Positions 1 through 13,700 are shown, counted from the first letter of the stretch. The stretch: 64,000 nt of DNA from Eledone cirrhosa (GCA_964016885.1 OZ024751.1:44454001-44518000), one strand, 5' to 3'. Notes: generated by a model from the sequence alone, not told the origin. Numbers and translations: made by a program.

Positions 1-400
1 CCTGTCATTAGATGCAATCTCGTACGAGGCCTGCTAAACCTATTGGATGTGAGTTATAATAAAAACAGGGCAGAACTGGGGACCCGAATACTAAGATATT
101 GGGGAAACCTGCTAATAGATGCAATCTCGTACGTGGCCTGTTAAATCCATATAGATGTGAACTGTAACAAAAAAACAACAACAACAACAAAAAATAAACA
201 AACAGTAGAGAACTAGGGCCCCTAACATTAAAACACTCGTGAAACCTCATATTAGAGACATGCCAATTAATCCTACATAAATGTGAACTGTACCAATCAT
301 ATAATAGACATAGTCCCCCGATCACTAAAATATTCGAGAAACCTGCCATTAGATGCAACCTCATACGAGGCCAGCTAAACCTACAGAGATGTAAACTGTC
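1..400. repeat. Degenerate ~105-135 bp tandem repeat, ~4 units, truncated by window start
   Basis: Motif cctg..attagatgcaatctcgtacgaggcctgctaaacc recurs at 1, 108 and 342, with a more diverged unit near 245. Confidence 0.7.
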
Positions 401-859
401 AAAATTTAGCGTCTTTTAATTGAACGTCTTGAAATAAAAAATATTATCTCTTTCTGCTATCATAACGTTATCGTGATGCTCGGTTTACTTAGGGAGATAT
501 TTTCTCAGAAATTTCAGCGTGTTTTTAATGTCTCTGGCGATAAAAATAAGAGCTGAAATTATGTGTTCTTGTAGATTATTCGCTTTTATGTACACATTTT
601 AGTATATGGAATTACTCACAGATGCTATAATGTAGCTTAATAAACTCCTCCCATTTACCTTATAAATTTGGGGGTATATAATTCGTTGGAACACGTTGGG
701 TATAATATGTAGGAGTATAACCACTATCAGTTAGTCAATATATCGATTTATCGATTTATGATAATTAAATCATCCTTTATTTTCATTGTCCAAAACACAC
801 ACACGCACAGACACATGCACAAACACATATATATATATATATATACCTATATATATATA

Positions 860-942
<83 letters not shown>

Positions 943-972
943 AGATCAAAAGATGGTTAAAAGAGTTCCATG

Positions 973-1043
973 TATTTTATTATGCGCATTTCAAAAACAA
1001 ATATCATCATGCGATGACATTTGCGTTTTCGTCAGATAAAATA
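973..1043 (-). ncRNA. Type I hammerhead ribozyme, intact core
   Basis: Minus strand: tattttat-CTGACGA-[aaacgcaaatgtcatc gcat gatgatatttgttttt]-GAAA-tgcgca-TA|ataaaata. 8-bp helix I, ~15-bp helix II, palindromic helix III, AUA site (cut between 981 and 980). Confidence 0.9.
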
Positions 1044-1243
1044 GGGAGACATGATATGAAGGTTAAAAAACACTTGTGAATAGTGCAGTTTTAAATCAAA
1101 CTGTAGAGTGCTACTTATCCGATATCTGCATTGCTTTATTGTACTACAATAAAACTCACCTCCTACATATATATATATATCATCTTATTAAGTTCACGAG
1201 GAAACTACATATACACTAAAACGTATCTAGATCCCATTATTGC

Positions 1244-1300
1244 ACCAGTAATACACTGAGGTAATTGCTGGCCTTGTGCCAAAAGTAGAAACAATTATTA
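1244..1300 (+). mobile_element. 3' fragment of tRNA-derived SINE (family A)
   Basis: ccagtaatacactg..aattgctggccttgtgccaaaagtagaaacaattatt matches the tails of full copies at 3700-3892 and 18178-18360. Confidence 0.8.
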
Positions 1301-1347
1301 AATCTATGTCAAGATTTAAACGTATCTGAAAGTATCTTACGTAGGTC

Positions 1348-1436
<89 letters not shown>

Positions 1437-1736
1437 TCCATATATATATAGATACCCATATATGTGTATGTATCGTTATTTTATTTGTGTCAAGTTAGTG
1501 TCTGAGCCAGATTCAATTTATCTTAAAGTGAACCAATGAAGGTCAAGTTTTAATAATAATAATAATATTAATAAAAGTAATGATAATAATGATAATGATG
1601 ATGATGATGATGATGATGATGATAATGTCAAGTTACTATATCTGTGTCAAGTCAGTTTATGTATGTCAAGTTAACATATCTGGACAAGATTTAGTTTATC
1701 TCAAAATTTCCCAATGCATGTCGCGTTTTTATTATC

Positions 1737-1832
<96 letters not shown>

Positions 1833-2360
1833 CATATATAGATGTGTTTGTGGGTGCATGTGTATGTGTGTATGCATATGTGTGTCTGTGTGAGTGTGTG
1901 AAGTTATTATACATGCGTATCAAGTCAGAGCATGTAGATTAGATCATTAGGTCTAAGTAACTCAAAGAAGGTCAAGTCACTATACAGTATATGAAGGTCA
2001 AGTCATTATACAGTATATCTATGTCAAGTTATTGTGCATGATGGTTGTATGGTTAAGAAGTTCGCTTGGCAACACGTTGTTCCAGTGTGCTCTCTTAAAA
2101 GGACTTTATCTAGAATGAGAGATTTCCAGGATATGGCTATTTAACACATGAAATGTGAATCAAAGAAATTCACTCCACACAACAGATCACCCTAGAATAA
2201 ATAGCAAGCAAATCACCACGAAACATATTTTAAATACAGGGGTTGTGGAAGCTTTTCTAATAAATATTGCCTGTACAGGTAATCAATGTGTGTATATATT
2301 TTTTGGGAACACCCTGTATATCTATACACTTCTATGTTTCTCTATACATATGTAAAGACG

Positions 2361-2853
2361 TCTCTACAAATCGCTATATCTCCCTCGATACCTATATCCC
2401 CCTATAGTTCTATATTTCTCTCTACAAATCTATATATCTCCCTCGATACCTAAATAACCCCCTATAGTTCTATATTTCTCTCTACAAATCTATATATCTC
2501 CCTCGATACCTAAATAACCCCCTATAGTTCTATATTTCTCTCTACAGATCTATATATCTCCCTCGATACCTAAATAACCCCCTATAGTTCTATATTTCTC
2601 TCTACAGATCTATATATCTCCCTCGATACCTAAATAACCCCCTATAGTTCTATATTTCTCTCTACAGATCTATATATCTCCCTCGATACCTATATAACCC
2701 CCTATAGTTCTATATTTCTCTCTACAGATCTATATATCTCCCTCGATACCTATATAACCCCCTATAGTTCTATATTACTCTCTACAAATCTATATATCTC
2801 CCTCGATACCTATATAACCCCCTATAGTTCTATATTTCTCTCTACAAATCTAT
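2361..2853. repeat. 60-bp minisatellite, ~8 near-identical units
   Basis: cctatagttctatatttctctctacaaatctatatatctccctcgatacctaaataaccc repeats in register on consecutive 60-nt lines. Confidence 0.97.
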
Positions 2854-3034
2854 AATTCTTTTTATTTTCTCTCCTCCCTCCTTACCCTCCGAAATGAAAC
2901 ATCATTCATATGATATTGTGTGATAATTAAAAACGGATGTAGCTGGTATTAGTTGTGCCTTTCGAAATATTAAACATAATTATATGCACTGGGGAGGATT
3001 TCCTGGTATTATTGAGAAATTATGCCAAAGTGTG

Positions 3035-3130
3035 GACGCAACGTGACCGAATATTGAAGGTGTTGACTTCGCAATCGTTAGGTCCCAGGTTCGATCCTAC
3101 TGTGATATCTTGGTCAAGTACAATTTACCA
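3035..3130 (+). mobile_element. Decayed head of a second tRNA-derived (CORE-like) SINE
   Basis: B-box-like ggttcgatcc followed by tgtgatatcttggtcaagtaca, resembling the CORE-type motif; related to 30450-30740. Confidence 0.5.
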
Positions 3131-3154
3131 TACCATTAACTGGTACTTTAATTA

Positions 3155-3892
3155 TTGAGTTCGAAAATGCTTTTCATCCTTTCGGGGTCGATAAAATAAA
3201 GTACCAATAATGCACTGGATTAATTGCTGGCCTTGTGCAAAAAGTAGAAACAATTATTACAAATGCCTTACGGGGTCGTTGAAATAAAGTACCAGTAATG
3301 TACTGATTAATTGCTAGCCTTGTGCCAAAAGTAGAAACAATTACTGCTAATCTCGCCGAGGCTAGCTTTGCCTTTCATCCTTACATGGTCTATAAAGTAA
3401 AGTACCAGTAACGTACTGGGGTCGATTTAATCGACTTTCTCCTCCACCAATATTGTTGGCCTTGTGCCTAAATCAGAGATCAATATTTAGTTTGGTGGAT
3501 TGGCAGTATCGGTAGAGGGTCGGACGCGCTGCTTTGCAGCATAGAGTTACGTCACTTTGTGGGCTGAGTTCAAATCCCGCCGAGGTTAAGTTTGCCTTTC
3601 ATCCTTATGGGGTCGATATAATAAAGTACCAGTAATACACTGGTTAACTGTTGGCCTTGTACTTACACTATAAATCATTATTTAGTTGTTTATAGAGGTT
3701 TAGTGAATTGGCAGTATCGGTAGAGGGTCGGACGCCATGCTTTGACGCATAGAGTTACGGCCCTTGCCATTCTGAGTTCAAATCCCGCCGAGGTTAACTT
3801 TGCCTTCCATCCTTACGGGGTCGATAAAATAAAGTACCAGTAATACACTGGGAAATTGCTGGCCTTCTTCCAAAAGTAGAAACAATTATTTA
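3155..3892 (+). mobile_element. Tandem cluster of five family-A SINE copies or fragments
   Basis: A box TGGCAGTATCGG, B box GAGTTCAAATCC, body cctttcatccttacggggtcgataaaataaagtaccagt, tail ggccttgtgccaaaagtagaaacaattatt; full copies at ~3492-3682 and ~3700-3892. Confidence 0.9.
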
Positions 3893-4089
3893 GTTGTTTA
3901 TAATTCACCAAAGTTTGTTTGTTTGCTCGTATGTTCCCTGCCAACCTTGAAATACACCACAGTACGTTCACATGAACACAGAATCTGGAATGTTAATATA
4001 ACAAATCAGAAATTGATTAAATTATTATAACTGTAACACGGTTAATTTATTTCAATGGTTTTATACAGATTAGAATTTTTTCACATACA

Positions 4090-4715
4090 AATAATAATTG
4101 TTTCTACTTTAGGTACAAGACCTGCACATTCTTTTTAAGGGGAGGGGGAAAGTAGAGTAAATCGACCCCAGTTCATTTATCGACCCCATCAGGATGAAAG
4201 GCAAAACCAACCTCGGTGGAAATTGAACTCAGAACGTACGTAACGGGACATAACTCTGTGCTGCGAAGCATCACGTCCGACCCTCTACCGATACTACCAT
4301 TCCACGCAAATAATAATTGTTTCTACTTTTGGCTCAAGGCCAGCAATTACCCCAGTGTATTACTGGTACTTTATTTTTATTTTTATCGACCCCGTAAGGA
4401 TGAAAGGCAAAGTTAACCTCGGCGGGACTTGAACTCAGACCGTAAAGGGACGTAACTATGCTGGAAAGATGGCGTCCGACCCTCTACCGATACTGCCAAT
4501 AATAATGAGCTTTCTGATCAAGATAAACAAAATAATTGTTTCTACTTTTAGCACAAGGCCAGCAATTACCCAGTACATTACTGGTACTTCATTTTATCGA
4601 CCCCGTAAGGATGAAAGGCAAAGTTAACCTCGGCGGGATTTGAACTCAGAATGGCAAGGGCCGTAACTCTATGCGTCAAAGCATGGCATCCGAACCTCTA
4701 TCGATAATGCCAATA
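4090..4715 (-). mobile_element. Three family-A SINE copies in reverse orientation
   Basis: Reverse complements of the same SINE at ~4090-4305, 4311-4500 and 4530-4715. Confidence 0.9.
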
Positions 4716-4734
4716 AAATAATGTGAAGTTATAA

Positions 4735-7700
4735 TGATGGCGGTGGTGGTGGTTGAGGTGGTGGTGGTTGTGGTAGTGGTAGTGGTGGTGTTTGTCGTGG
4801 TGGTGCTTGTGGTGGTGTGGGTGATAGTGATTGTGATGATAGTGGTGTGGTGGTGATGATGATGGTGGTGGAGGCCGTGGTGGTAGTGGTGGTTGCGATG
4901 GTGATCGTGTTGTTGTTTGTAGTGATGGTGGTGATGGTAGTGGTGGTGTTTGAGATGGTATTGGTTGTGATAGAGATGGTGGTGGTGGTGGAGTTGGTGG
5001 TTGTGATGCTAGTGGTGGTGTTGGTGGTGGTGGATTGTGATGGTGATGATGGTAATGGTGTGGTGGTGATGTTAGTGGCGATGCTTGTGTTAGAGATAGT
5101 GGTGGTGGTGTTGGTGGTGGTGTTGATGGTGGTGGTGTTGATGGTGGTGGTGGTGATGGCGGTTGTGTTGGTGGTGGTGTTGAAGGTGGTGGTGGTGATG
5201 GCGGTTGTTGGTAGTGGTGGTGGAGGTGGTGGTGGTTGGTAGTGGTGGTGGAGGTGGTGGTTGTTGGTAGTGGTGGTGGAGGTGGTGGTGGTTGGTAGTG
5301 GAGGTGGAGGTGGTGGTGGTTGGTAGTGGTGGTGGAGGTGGTGGTTGTTGGTAGTGGTGGTGGAGGTGGTGGTGGTTGGTAGTGGTGGTGGAGGTGGTGG
5401 TTGTTGGTAGTGGCGGTGGAGGTTGTGGTTGTTGGTAGTGGTGGTGGAGGTGGTGGTGGTTGGTAGTGGTGTTGGAGGTGGTGGTGGTTGGTAGTGGTGG
5501 TGGAGGTGGTGGTGGTTGGTAGTGGTGGTGGAGGTGGTGGTGGTAGGTAGTGGTGGTGGAGGTGGTGGTGGTTGTTGGTAGTGGTGGTGGAGGTGGTGGT
5601 TGTTGGTAGTGGTGGTGGAGGTGGTGGTTGGTAGTGGTGGTGGTGGAGGTGGTGGTTGTTGGTAGTGGTGGTGGAGGTGGTGGTTGTTGGTAGTGGTGGT
5701 GGAGGTGGTGGTTGTTGGTAGTGGTGGTGGAGGTGGTGGTTGTTGGTAGTGGTGGTGGAGGTGGTGGTGGTTGTTGGTAGTGGTGGTGGAGGTGGTGGTT
5801 GTTGGTAGTGGTGGGTGGTGGTGATGGCGGTTGTTGGTAGTGGTGGTGGAGGTGGTGGTTGTTGGTAGTGGCGGTGGAGGTGGTGGTTGTTGGTAGTGGT
5901 GGTGGAGGTGGTGGTGGAGGTGGTGGTGGTTGGTAGTGGTGGTGGAGGTGGTGGTGGTTGGTAGTGGTGGTGGAGGTGGTGGTGGTTGGTAGTGGTGGTG
6001 GAGGTGGTGGTTGTTGGTAGTGGTGGTGGAGGTGGTGGTGGTTGGTAGTGGTGGTGGAGGTGGTGGTTGTTGGTAGTGGTGGTGGAGGTGGTGGTGGTTG
6101 GTAGTGGTGGTGGAGGTGGTGGTGGTTGGTAGTGGTGGTGGAGGTGGTGGTTGTTGGTAGTGGTGGTGGAGGTGGTGGTTGTTGGTAGTGGTGGTGGAGG
6201 TGGTGGTGGTTGTTGGTAGTGGTGGTGGAGGTGGTGGTTGTTGGTGGGTGGTGGTGGAGGTGGTGGTTGTTGGTAGTGGTGGTGGAGGTGGTGGTTGTTG
6301 GTGGTGGTGGTGGAGGTGGTGGTTGTTGGTAGTGGTGGTGGAGGTGGTGGTTGTTGGTGGTGGTGGTGGAGGTGGTGGTTGTTGGTAGGGGTGGTGGAGG
6401 TGGTGGTGGTTGGTGGTGGTGGTGGAGGTGGTGGTTGTTGGTAGTGGTAGTGGTGGTGGAGGTTGAGGTTGTTGGTAGTGGTGGTGGAGGTGGTGTTTGT
6501 TGGTAGTGGTGGTGGAGGTGGTGGTGGTTGGTGGTGGTGGTGGATGGTGGTTGTTGTTGGTAGTGGTAGTGGTGGTGGAGGTGGAGGTTGTTGGTAGTGG
6601 AGGTGGAGGGTGGAGGTTGTTGGTAGTGGTGGTGGAGGTGGTGGTTGTTGGTAGTGGTGGTGGAGGTGGTGGTTGTTGGTAGTGGTGGTGGAGGTGGTGG
6701 TTGTTGGTGGTGGTGGTGGAGGTGGTGGTTGTTGGTAGTGGTGGTGGAGGTGGTGGTGGTTGGTGGTGGTGGTGGAGGTGGAGGTGGTGGTTGTTGGTAG
6801 TGGTAGTGGTGGTGGAGGTGGAGGTTGGTTGGGTAGTGTGGAGGTGGGAGGTGGAGGTTGTTGGTAGGTGGTGGTGGTGTGGAGGTGTTGGTAGTGGTGG
6901 TGGAGGTGGTGGTTGTTGGTAGTGGTGGTGGGTGGTGGTTGTTGTAGTGGTGGTGGAGGTGGTGGTTGTTGGTAGTGGAGGTGGAGGTGGAGGTTGTTGG
7001 TAGTGGTGGTGGAGGTGGAGGTTGTTGGTAGTGGTGGTGGAGGTGGTGGTTGTTGGTAGTGGTGGTGGAGGTGGTGGTTGTTGGTAGTGGTGGTGGAGGT
7101 GGTGGTTGTTGGTAGTGGTAGTGGAGGTGGTGGTTGTTGGTAGTGGTGGTGGAGGTGGTGGTGTTGGTAGTGGTGGTGGAGGTGGTGGTTGTTGGTAGTG
7201 GTGGTGGAGGTGGAGGTTGTTGGTAGTGGTGGTGGTGGTGGTGGTTGTTGGTTGTGGAGGTGGAGGTGGTGGTTGTTGGTAGTGGCGGTGGAGGGTGGTG
7301 GTTGTTGGTAGTGGTGGTGGAGGTGGTGGTTGTTGGTAGTGGTGGTGGAGGTGGTGTTGTTGGTAGTGGTGGTGGAGGTGGTGGTAGTTGGTAGTGGTGG
7401 TGGAGGTGGTGGTGTTGGTGTGGTGGTGGAGGTGGTGGTTGTTGGTAGTGGTGGTGGAGGTGGTGGTTGTTGGTAGTCGTGGTGGAGGTGGTGGTTGTTG
7501 GTAGTGGTGGTGGAGGTGGAGGTGGTGGTTGTTGGTAGTGGTGGTGGAGGTGGTGGTGTTGGTAGTGGTGGTGGAGGTGGTGGTTGTTGGTAGTGGTGGT
7601 GGAGATGGTGGTATTTGGTAGGTGGGGTGGAGGTTGTTGGTAGTGGTGGTGGAGGTGGTGGTAGTTGGTAGTGGTGGTGGAGGTGGTGGTAGTTGGTAGT

Positions 7701-10700
7701 GGTGGTGGAGGTGGTGGTAGTTGGTAGTGGTGGTGGAGGTGGTGGTTGTTGGTAGTGGTGGTGGAGGTGGTGGTTGTTGGTAGTGGTGGTGGAGGTGGTG
7801 GTTGTTGGTAGTGGTGGTGGAGGTGGTGGTTGTTGGTAGTGGTGGTGAAGGTGGTGGTGTTGGTAGTGGTGGTGGAGGTGGTGGTTTTTGGTAGTGGTGG
7901 TGGAGGTGGTGGTTGTTGGTAGTGGTGGTGAAGGTGGTGGTGTTGGTAGTGGTGGTGGAGGTGGTGGTTGTTGGTAGTGGTGGTGGAGGTGGTGGTTGTT
8001 GGTAGTGGTGGTGAAGGTGGTGGTGTTGGTAGTGGTGGTGGAGGTGGTGGTTTTTGGTAGTGGTGGTGGTGATGGCGGTTGTTGGTAGTGGTGGTGGAGG
8101 TGGTGGTGGTTGGTAGTGGCGGTGGAGGTGGAGGTTGTTGGTAGTGGCGGTGGAGATGGAGGTTGTTGGTAGTGGCGGTGGAGGTGGAGGTGGTGGTTGT
8201 TGGTAGTGGTGGTGGAGGTGGTGGTTGTTGGTAGTGGCGGTGGAGGTGGTGGTTGTTGGTAGTGGTGGTGGAGGTGGTGGTTGTTGGTAGTGGTGGTGGT
8301 GGTGGAGGTGGTGGTTGTTGGTAGTGGCGGTGGAGGTGATGGTTGTTGGTAGTGGTGGTGGGGGTGGTGGTTGTTGGTAGTGGTGGTGGAGGTGGTGGTT
8401 GTTGCTAGTGGTGGTGGGGGGGGTGGTTGTTGGTAGTGGTGGTGGGGGTGGTGGTTGTTGGTAGTGGTGGTGGGGGTGGTGGTTGTTGGTAGTGGCGGTG
8501 GAGGTGGTGGTTGTTGGTAGTGGTGGTGGAGGTGGTGGTTGTTGGTAGTGGAGGTGGAGGTGGTGGTTGTTGCTAGTGGTGGTGGAGGTGGTGGTTGTTG
8601 CTAGTGGCGGTGGAGGTGGTGGTTGTTGGTAGTGGTGGTGGAGGTGGTGGTTGTTGGTAGTGGCGGTGGAGGTGGTGGTTGTTGGTAGTGGTGGTGGGGG
8701 TGGTGGTTGTTGGTAGTGGTGGTGGAGGTGGTGGTTGTTAGTAGTGGTGGTGGGGGTGGTGGTTGTTGGTAGTGGTGGTGGAGGTGGTGGTTGTTAGTAG
8801 TGGTGGTGGGGGTGGTGGTTGTTGGTAGTGGTGGTGGAGGTGGTGGTTGTTGGTAGTGGTGGTGGAGGTGATGGTTGTTGGTAGTGGCGCTGGAGGTGGT
8901 GGTTGTTAGTAGTGGTGGTGGGGGTGGTGGTTGTTGGTAGTGGTGGTAGAGGTGGTGGTTGTTGGTAGTGGTGGTGGGGGTGGTGGTTGTTGGTAGTGGT
9001 GGTGGAGGTGGTGGTTGTTGGTGGTGGTGGTGGAGGTGATGGTTGTTGGTAGTGGCGCTGGAGGTGGTGGTTGTTAGTAGTGGTGGTGGGGGTGGTGGTT
9101 GTTGGTAGTGGTGGTGGAGGTGGTGGTTGTTGGTGGTGGTGGTGGAGGTGATGGTTGTTGGTAGTGGCGCTGGAGGTGGTGGTTGTTAGTAGTGGTGGTG
9201 GGGCTGGTGGTTGTTGGTAGTGGTGGTGGAGGTGGTGGTTGTTGGTAGTGGTGGTGGGGGTGGTGGTTGTTGGTAGTGGAGGTGGAGGTGGTGGTTGTTG
9301 CTAGTGGCGGTGGAGGTGGAGGTTGTTGGTAGTGGTGGTGGAGGTGGTGGTTGTTGGTAGTGGTGGTGGGGGTGGTGGTTGTTGGTAGTGGCGGTGGAGG
9401 TGGTGGTTGTTGGTAGTGGTGGTGGGGGTGGTGGTTGTTGGTAGTGGTGGTGGAGGTGGTGGTTGTTGGTAGTGGCGGTGGAGGTGATGGTTGTTGGTAG
9501 TGGTGGTGGGGGTGGTGGTTGTTGGTAGTGGTGGTGGAGGTGGTGGTTGTTGCTAGTGGCGGTGGAGGTGGTGGTTGTTGGTAGTGGTGGTGGGGGTGGG
9601 GGTTGTTGGTAGTGGTGGTGGGGGTGGTGGTTGTTGGTAGTGGTGGTGGGGGTGGTGGTTGTTGGTAGTGGCGGTGGAGGTGGTGGTTGTTAGTAGTGGT
9701 GGTGGGGGTGGTGGTTGTTGGTAGTGGTGGTGGAGGTGGTGGTTGTTGGTAGTGGTGGTGGAGGTGGTGGTTGTTGGTAGTGGTGGTGGAGGTGGTGGTT
9801 GTTGGTGGTGGTGGTGGAGGTGATGGTTGTTGGTAGTGGCGCTGGAGGTGGTGGTTGTTAGTAGTGGTGGTGGGGGTGGTGGTTGTTGGTAGTGGTGGTG
9901 GAGGTGGTGGTTGTTGGTAGTGGTGGTGGAGGTGGTGGTTGTTGGTAGTGGTGGTGGAGGTGGTGGTTGTTGGTAGTGGTGGTGGAGGTGGTGGTTGTTG
10001 GTAGTGGTGGTGGAGGTGGTGGTTGTTGGTAGTGGTGGTGGAGGTGGTGGTTGTTGGTGGTGGTGGTGGAGGTGGTGGTTGTTGGTAGTGGTGGTGGAGG
10101 TGGTGGTGGTTGGTAGTGGTGGTGGAGGTGGTGGTTGTTGGTAGTGGTGGTGGAGGTGGTGGTTCGTAGTGGTGGTGGAGGTGGTGGTTGTTGGTAGTGG
10201 TGGTGGAGGTGGTGGTTGTTGGTAGTGGTGGTGGGGGTGGTGCTTGTTGGTAGTGGTGGTGGAGGTGGTGGTTGTTGGTAGTGGTGGTGGAGGTGGTGGT
10301 TGTTGGTAATGGTGGTGGAGGTGGTGGTTGTTGGTAGTGGTGGTGGAGGTGGTGGTTGTTGGTAGTGGTGGTGGAGGTGGAGGTTGTTGGTAGTGGTGGT
10401 GGAGGTGGTGGTTGTTGGTAGTGGTGGTGGAGGTGGTGGTTGTTGGTAGTGGTGGTGGAGGTGGTGGTTGTTGGTAGTGGAGGTGGAGGTGGAGGTTGTT
10501 GGTAGTGGTGGTGGAGGTGGAGGTTGTTGGTAGTGGTGGTGGAGGTGGTGGTTGTTGGTAGTGGTGGTGGAGGTGGTGGTTGTTGGTAGTGGAGGTGGAG
10601 GTGGAGGTTGTTGGTAGTGGTGGTGGAGGTGGAGGTTGTTGGTAGTGGTGGTGGAACTGGTGGTTGTTGGTAGTGGTGGTGGAGGTGGTGGTTGTTGGTA

Positions 10701-13700
10701 GTGGTGGTGGAGGTGGTGGTTGTTGGTAGTGGTAGTGGAGGTGGTGGTTGTTGGTAGTGGTTGTGGAGGTGGTGGTGTTGGTAGTGGTGGTGGAGGTGGT
10801 GGTTGTTGGTAGTGGTGGTGGAGGTGGAGGTTGTTGGTAGTGGTGGTGGAGGTGGTGGTTGTTGGTGGTGGTGGTGGAGGTGGTGGTTGTTGGTAGGGGT
10901 GGTGGAGGTGGTGGTGGTTGGTGGTGGTGGTGGAGGTGGTGGTTGTTGGTAGTGGTAGTGGTGGTGGAGGTTGAGGTTGTTGGTAGTGGTGGTGGAGGTG
11001 GTGTTTGTTGGTAGTGGTGGTGGAGGTGGTGGTGGTTGGTGGTGGTGGTGGAGGTGGTTGTTGTTGGTAGTGGTAGTGGTGGTGGAGGTGGAGGTTGTTG
11101 GTAGTGGAGGTGGAGGTGGAGGTTGTTGGTAGTGGTGGTGGAGGTGGTGGTTGTTGGTAGTGGTGGTGGAGGTGGTGGTTGTTGGTAGTGGTGGTGGAGG
11201 TGGTGGTTGTTGGTGGTGGTGGTGGAGGTGGTGGTTGTTGGTAGTGGTGGTGGAGGTGGTGGTGGTTGGTGGTGGTGGTGGAGGTGGTGGTTGTTGGTAG
11301 TGGTAGTGGTGGTGGAGGTGGAGGTTGTTGGTAGTGGAGGTGGAGGTGGAGGTTGTTGGTAGTGGTGGTGGAGGTGGAGGTTGTTGGTAGTGGTGGTGGA
11401 GGTGGTGGTTGTTGGTAGTGGTGGTGGAGGTGGTGGTTGTTGGTAGTGGTGGTGGAGGTGGTGGTTGTTGGTAGTGGAGGTGGAGGTGGAGGTTGTTGGT
11501 AGTGGTGGTGGAGGTGGAGGTTGTTGGTAGTGGTGGTGGAGGTGGTGGTTGTTGGTATTGGTGGTGGAGGTGGTGGTTGTTGGTAGTGGTGGTGGAGGTG
11601 GTGGTTGTTGGTAGTGGTAGTGGAGGTGGTGGTTGTTGGTAGTGGTGGTGGAGGTGGTGGTGTTGGTAGTGGTGGTGGAGGTGGTGGTTGTTGGTAGTGG
11701 TGGTGGAGGTGGAGGTTGTTGGTAGTGGTGGTGGTGGTGGTGGTTGTTGGTAGTTCGCGGTGGAGGTGGTGGTTGTTGGTAGTGGCGGTGGAGGTGGTGG
11801 TTGTTGGTAGTGGTGGTGGAGGTGGTGGTTGTTGGTAGTGGTGGTGGAGGTGGTGTTGTTGGTAGTGGTGGTGGAGGTGGTGGTAGTTGGTAGTGGTGGT
11901 GGAGGTGGTGGTTGTTGGTGGTGGTGGTGGAGGTGGTGGTTGTTGGTGGTGGAGGTGGTGGTTGTTGGTAGTGGTGGTGGAGGTGGTGTTGTTGGTAGTG
12001 GTGGTGGAGGTGGTGGTAGTTGGTAGTGGTGGTGGAGGTGGTGGTTGTTGGTGGTGGTGTTGGTAGTGGTGGTGGAGGTGGTGGTTGTTGGTAGTGGTGG
12101 TGGAGATGGTGGTATTTGGTAGTGGTGGTGAAGGTGGAGGTTGTTGGTAGTGGTGGTGGAGGTGGTGGTAGTTGGTAGTGGTGGTGGAGGTGGTGGTCGT
12201 TGGTAGTGGTGGTGGAGGTGGTGGTAGTTGGTAGTGGTGGTGGAGGTGGTGGTTGTTGGTAGTGGTGGTGGAGGTGGTGGTTGTTGGTAGTGGTGGTGGA
12301 GGTGGTGGTTGTTGGTAGTGGTGGTGGAGGTGGTGGTGGTTGGTAGTGGCGGTGGAGGTGGAGGTTGTTGGTAGTGGCGGTGGAGATGGAGGTTGTTGGT
12401 AGTGGCGGTGGAGATGGAGGTGGTGGTTGTTGGTAGTGGTGGTGGAGGTGGTGGTTGTTGGTAGTGGCGGTGGAGGTGGTGGTTGTTGGTAGTGGTGGTG
12501 GAGGTGGTGGTTGTTGGTAGTGGTGGTGGTGGTGGAGGTGGTGGTTGTTGGTAGTGGCGGTGGAGGTGATGGTTGTTGGTAGTGGTGGTGGGGGTGGTGG
12601 TTGTTGGTAGTGGTGGTGGAGGTGGTGGTTGTTGCTAGTGGTGGTGGGGGTGGTGGTTGTTGGTAGTGGTGGTGGGGGTGGTGGTTGTTGGTAGTGGGGG
12701 TGGGGGTGGTGGTTGTTGGTAGTGGCGGTGGAGGTGGTGGTTGTTGGTAGTGGTGGTGGAGGTGGTGGTTGTTGGTAGTGGAGGTGGAGGTGGTGGTTGT
12801 TGCTAGTGGTGGTGGAGGTGGTGGTTGTTGCTAGTGGCGGTGGAGGTGGTGGTTGTTGGTAGTGGTGGTGGAGGTGGTGGTTGTTGGTAGTGGTGGTGGA
12901 GGTGGTGGTTGTTGGTAGTGGTGGTGGGGGTGGTGGTTGTTGGTAGTGGTGGTGGAGGTGGTGGTTGTTGGTGGTGGTGGTGGAGGTGGTGGTTGTTGGT
13001 AGTGGTGGTGGGGGTGGTGGTTGTTGGTAGTGGTGGTGGAGGTGGTGGTTGTTGGTAGTGGCGGTGGAGGTGGTGGTTGTTGGTAGTGGTGGTGGAGGTG
13101 GTGGTTGTTGCTAGTGGCGGTGGAGGTGGTGGTTGTTGGTAGTGGTGGTGGAGGTGGTGGTTGTTGCTAGTGGCGGTGGAGGTGGTGGTTGTTGGTAGTG
13201 GCGGTGGAGGTGGTGGTTGTTGGTAGTGGTGGTGGAGGTGGTGGTTGTTGGTAGTGGAGGTGGAGGTGGTGGTTGTTGCTAGTGGTGGTGGGGCTGGTTG
13301 TTGTTGGTAGTGGTGGTGGAGGTGGTGGTTGTTGGTAGTGGTGGTGGGGGTGGTGGTTGTTGGTAGTGGTGGTGGAGGTGGTGGTTGTTGGTAGTGGTGG
13401 TGGGGGTGGTGGTTGTTGGTAGTGGTGGTGGAGGTGGTGGTTGTTGCTAGTGGCGGTGGAGGTGGTGGTTGTTGGTAGTGGTGGTGGAGGTGGTGGTTGT
13501 TGCTAGTGGCGGTGGAGGTGGTGGTTGTTGGTAGTGGCGGTGGAGGTGGTGGTTGTTGGTAGTGGTGGTGGAGGTGGTGGTTGTTGGTAGTGGTGGTGGG
13601 GGTGGTGGTTGTTGGTAGTGGTGGTGGGGGTGGTGGTTGTTGGTAGTGGTGGTGGAGGTGGTGGTTGTTGCTAGTGGCGGTGGAGGTGGTGGTTGTTGGT

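Noticed and set aside
2235-2318. Mariner-type MITE (TACAGGG..CCCTGTA)
   Set aside because: Only ~7 bp of terminal symmetry; at most a one-ended remnant
3492-3600. tRNA gene
   Set aside because: A and B boxes belong to SINE heads; no cloverleaf, and the SINE body follows
3909-3945. Other micro-exon candidates (3909-3945, ~15697-15745 and ~46423-46483 minus; ~16904-16975 plus)
   Set aside because: Splice signals are weak and the peptides unrecognisable; not supportable without transcript data
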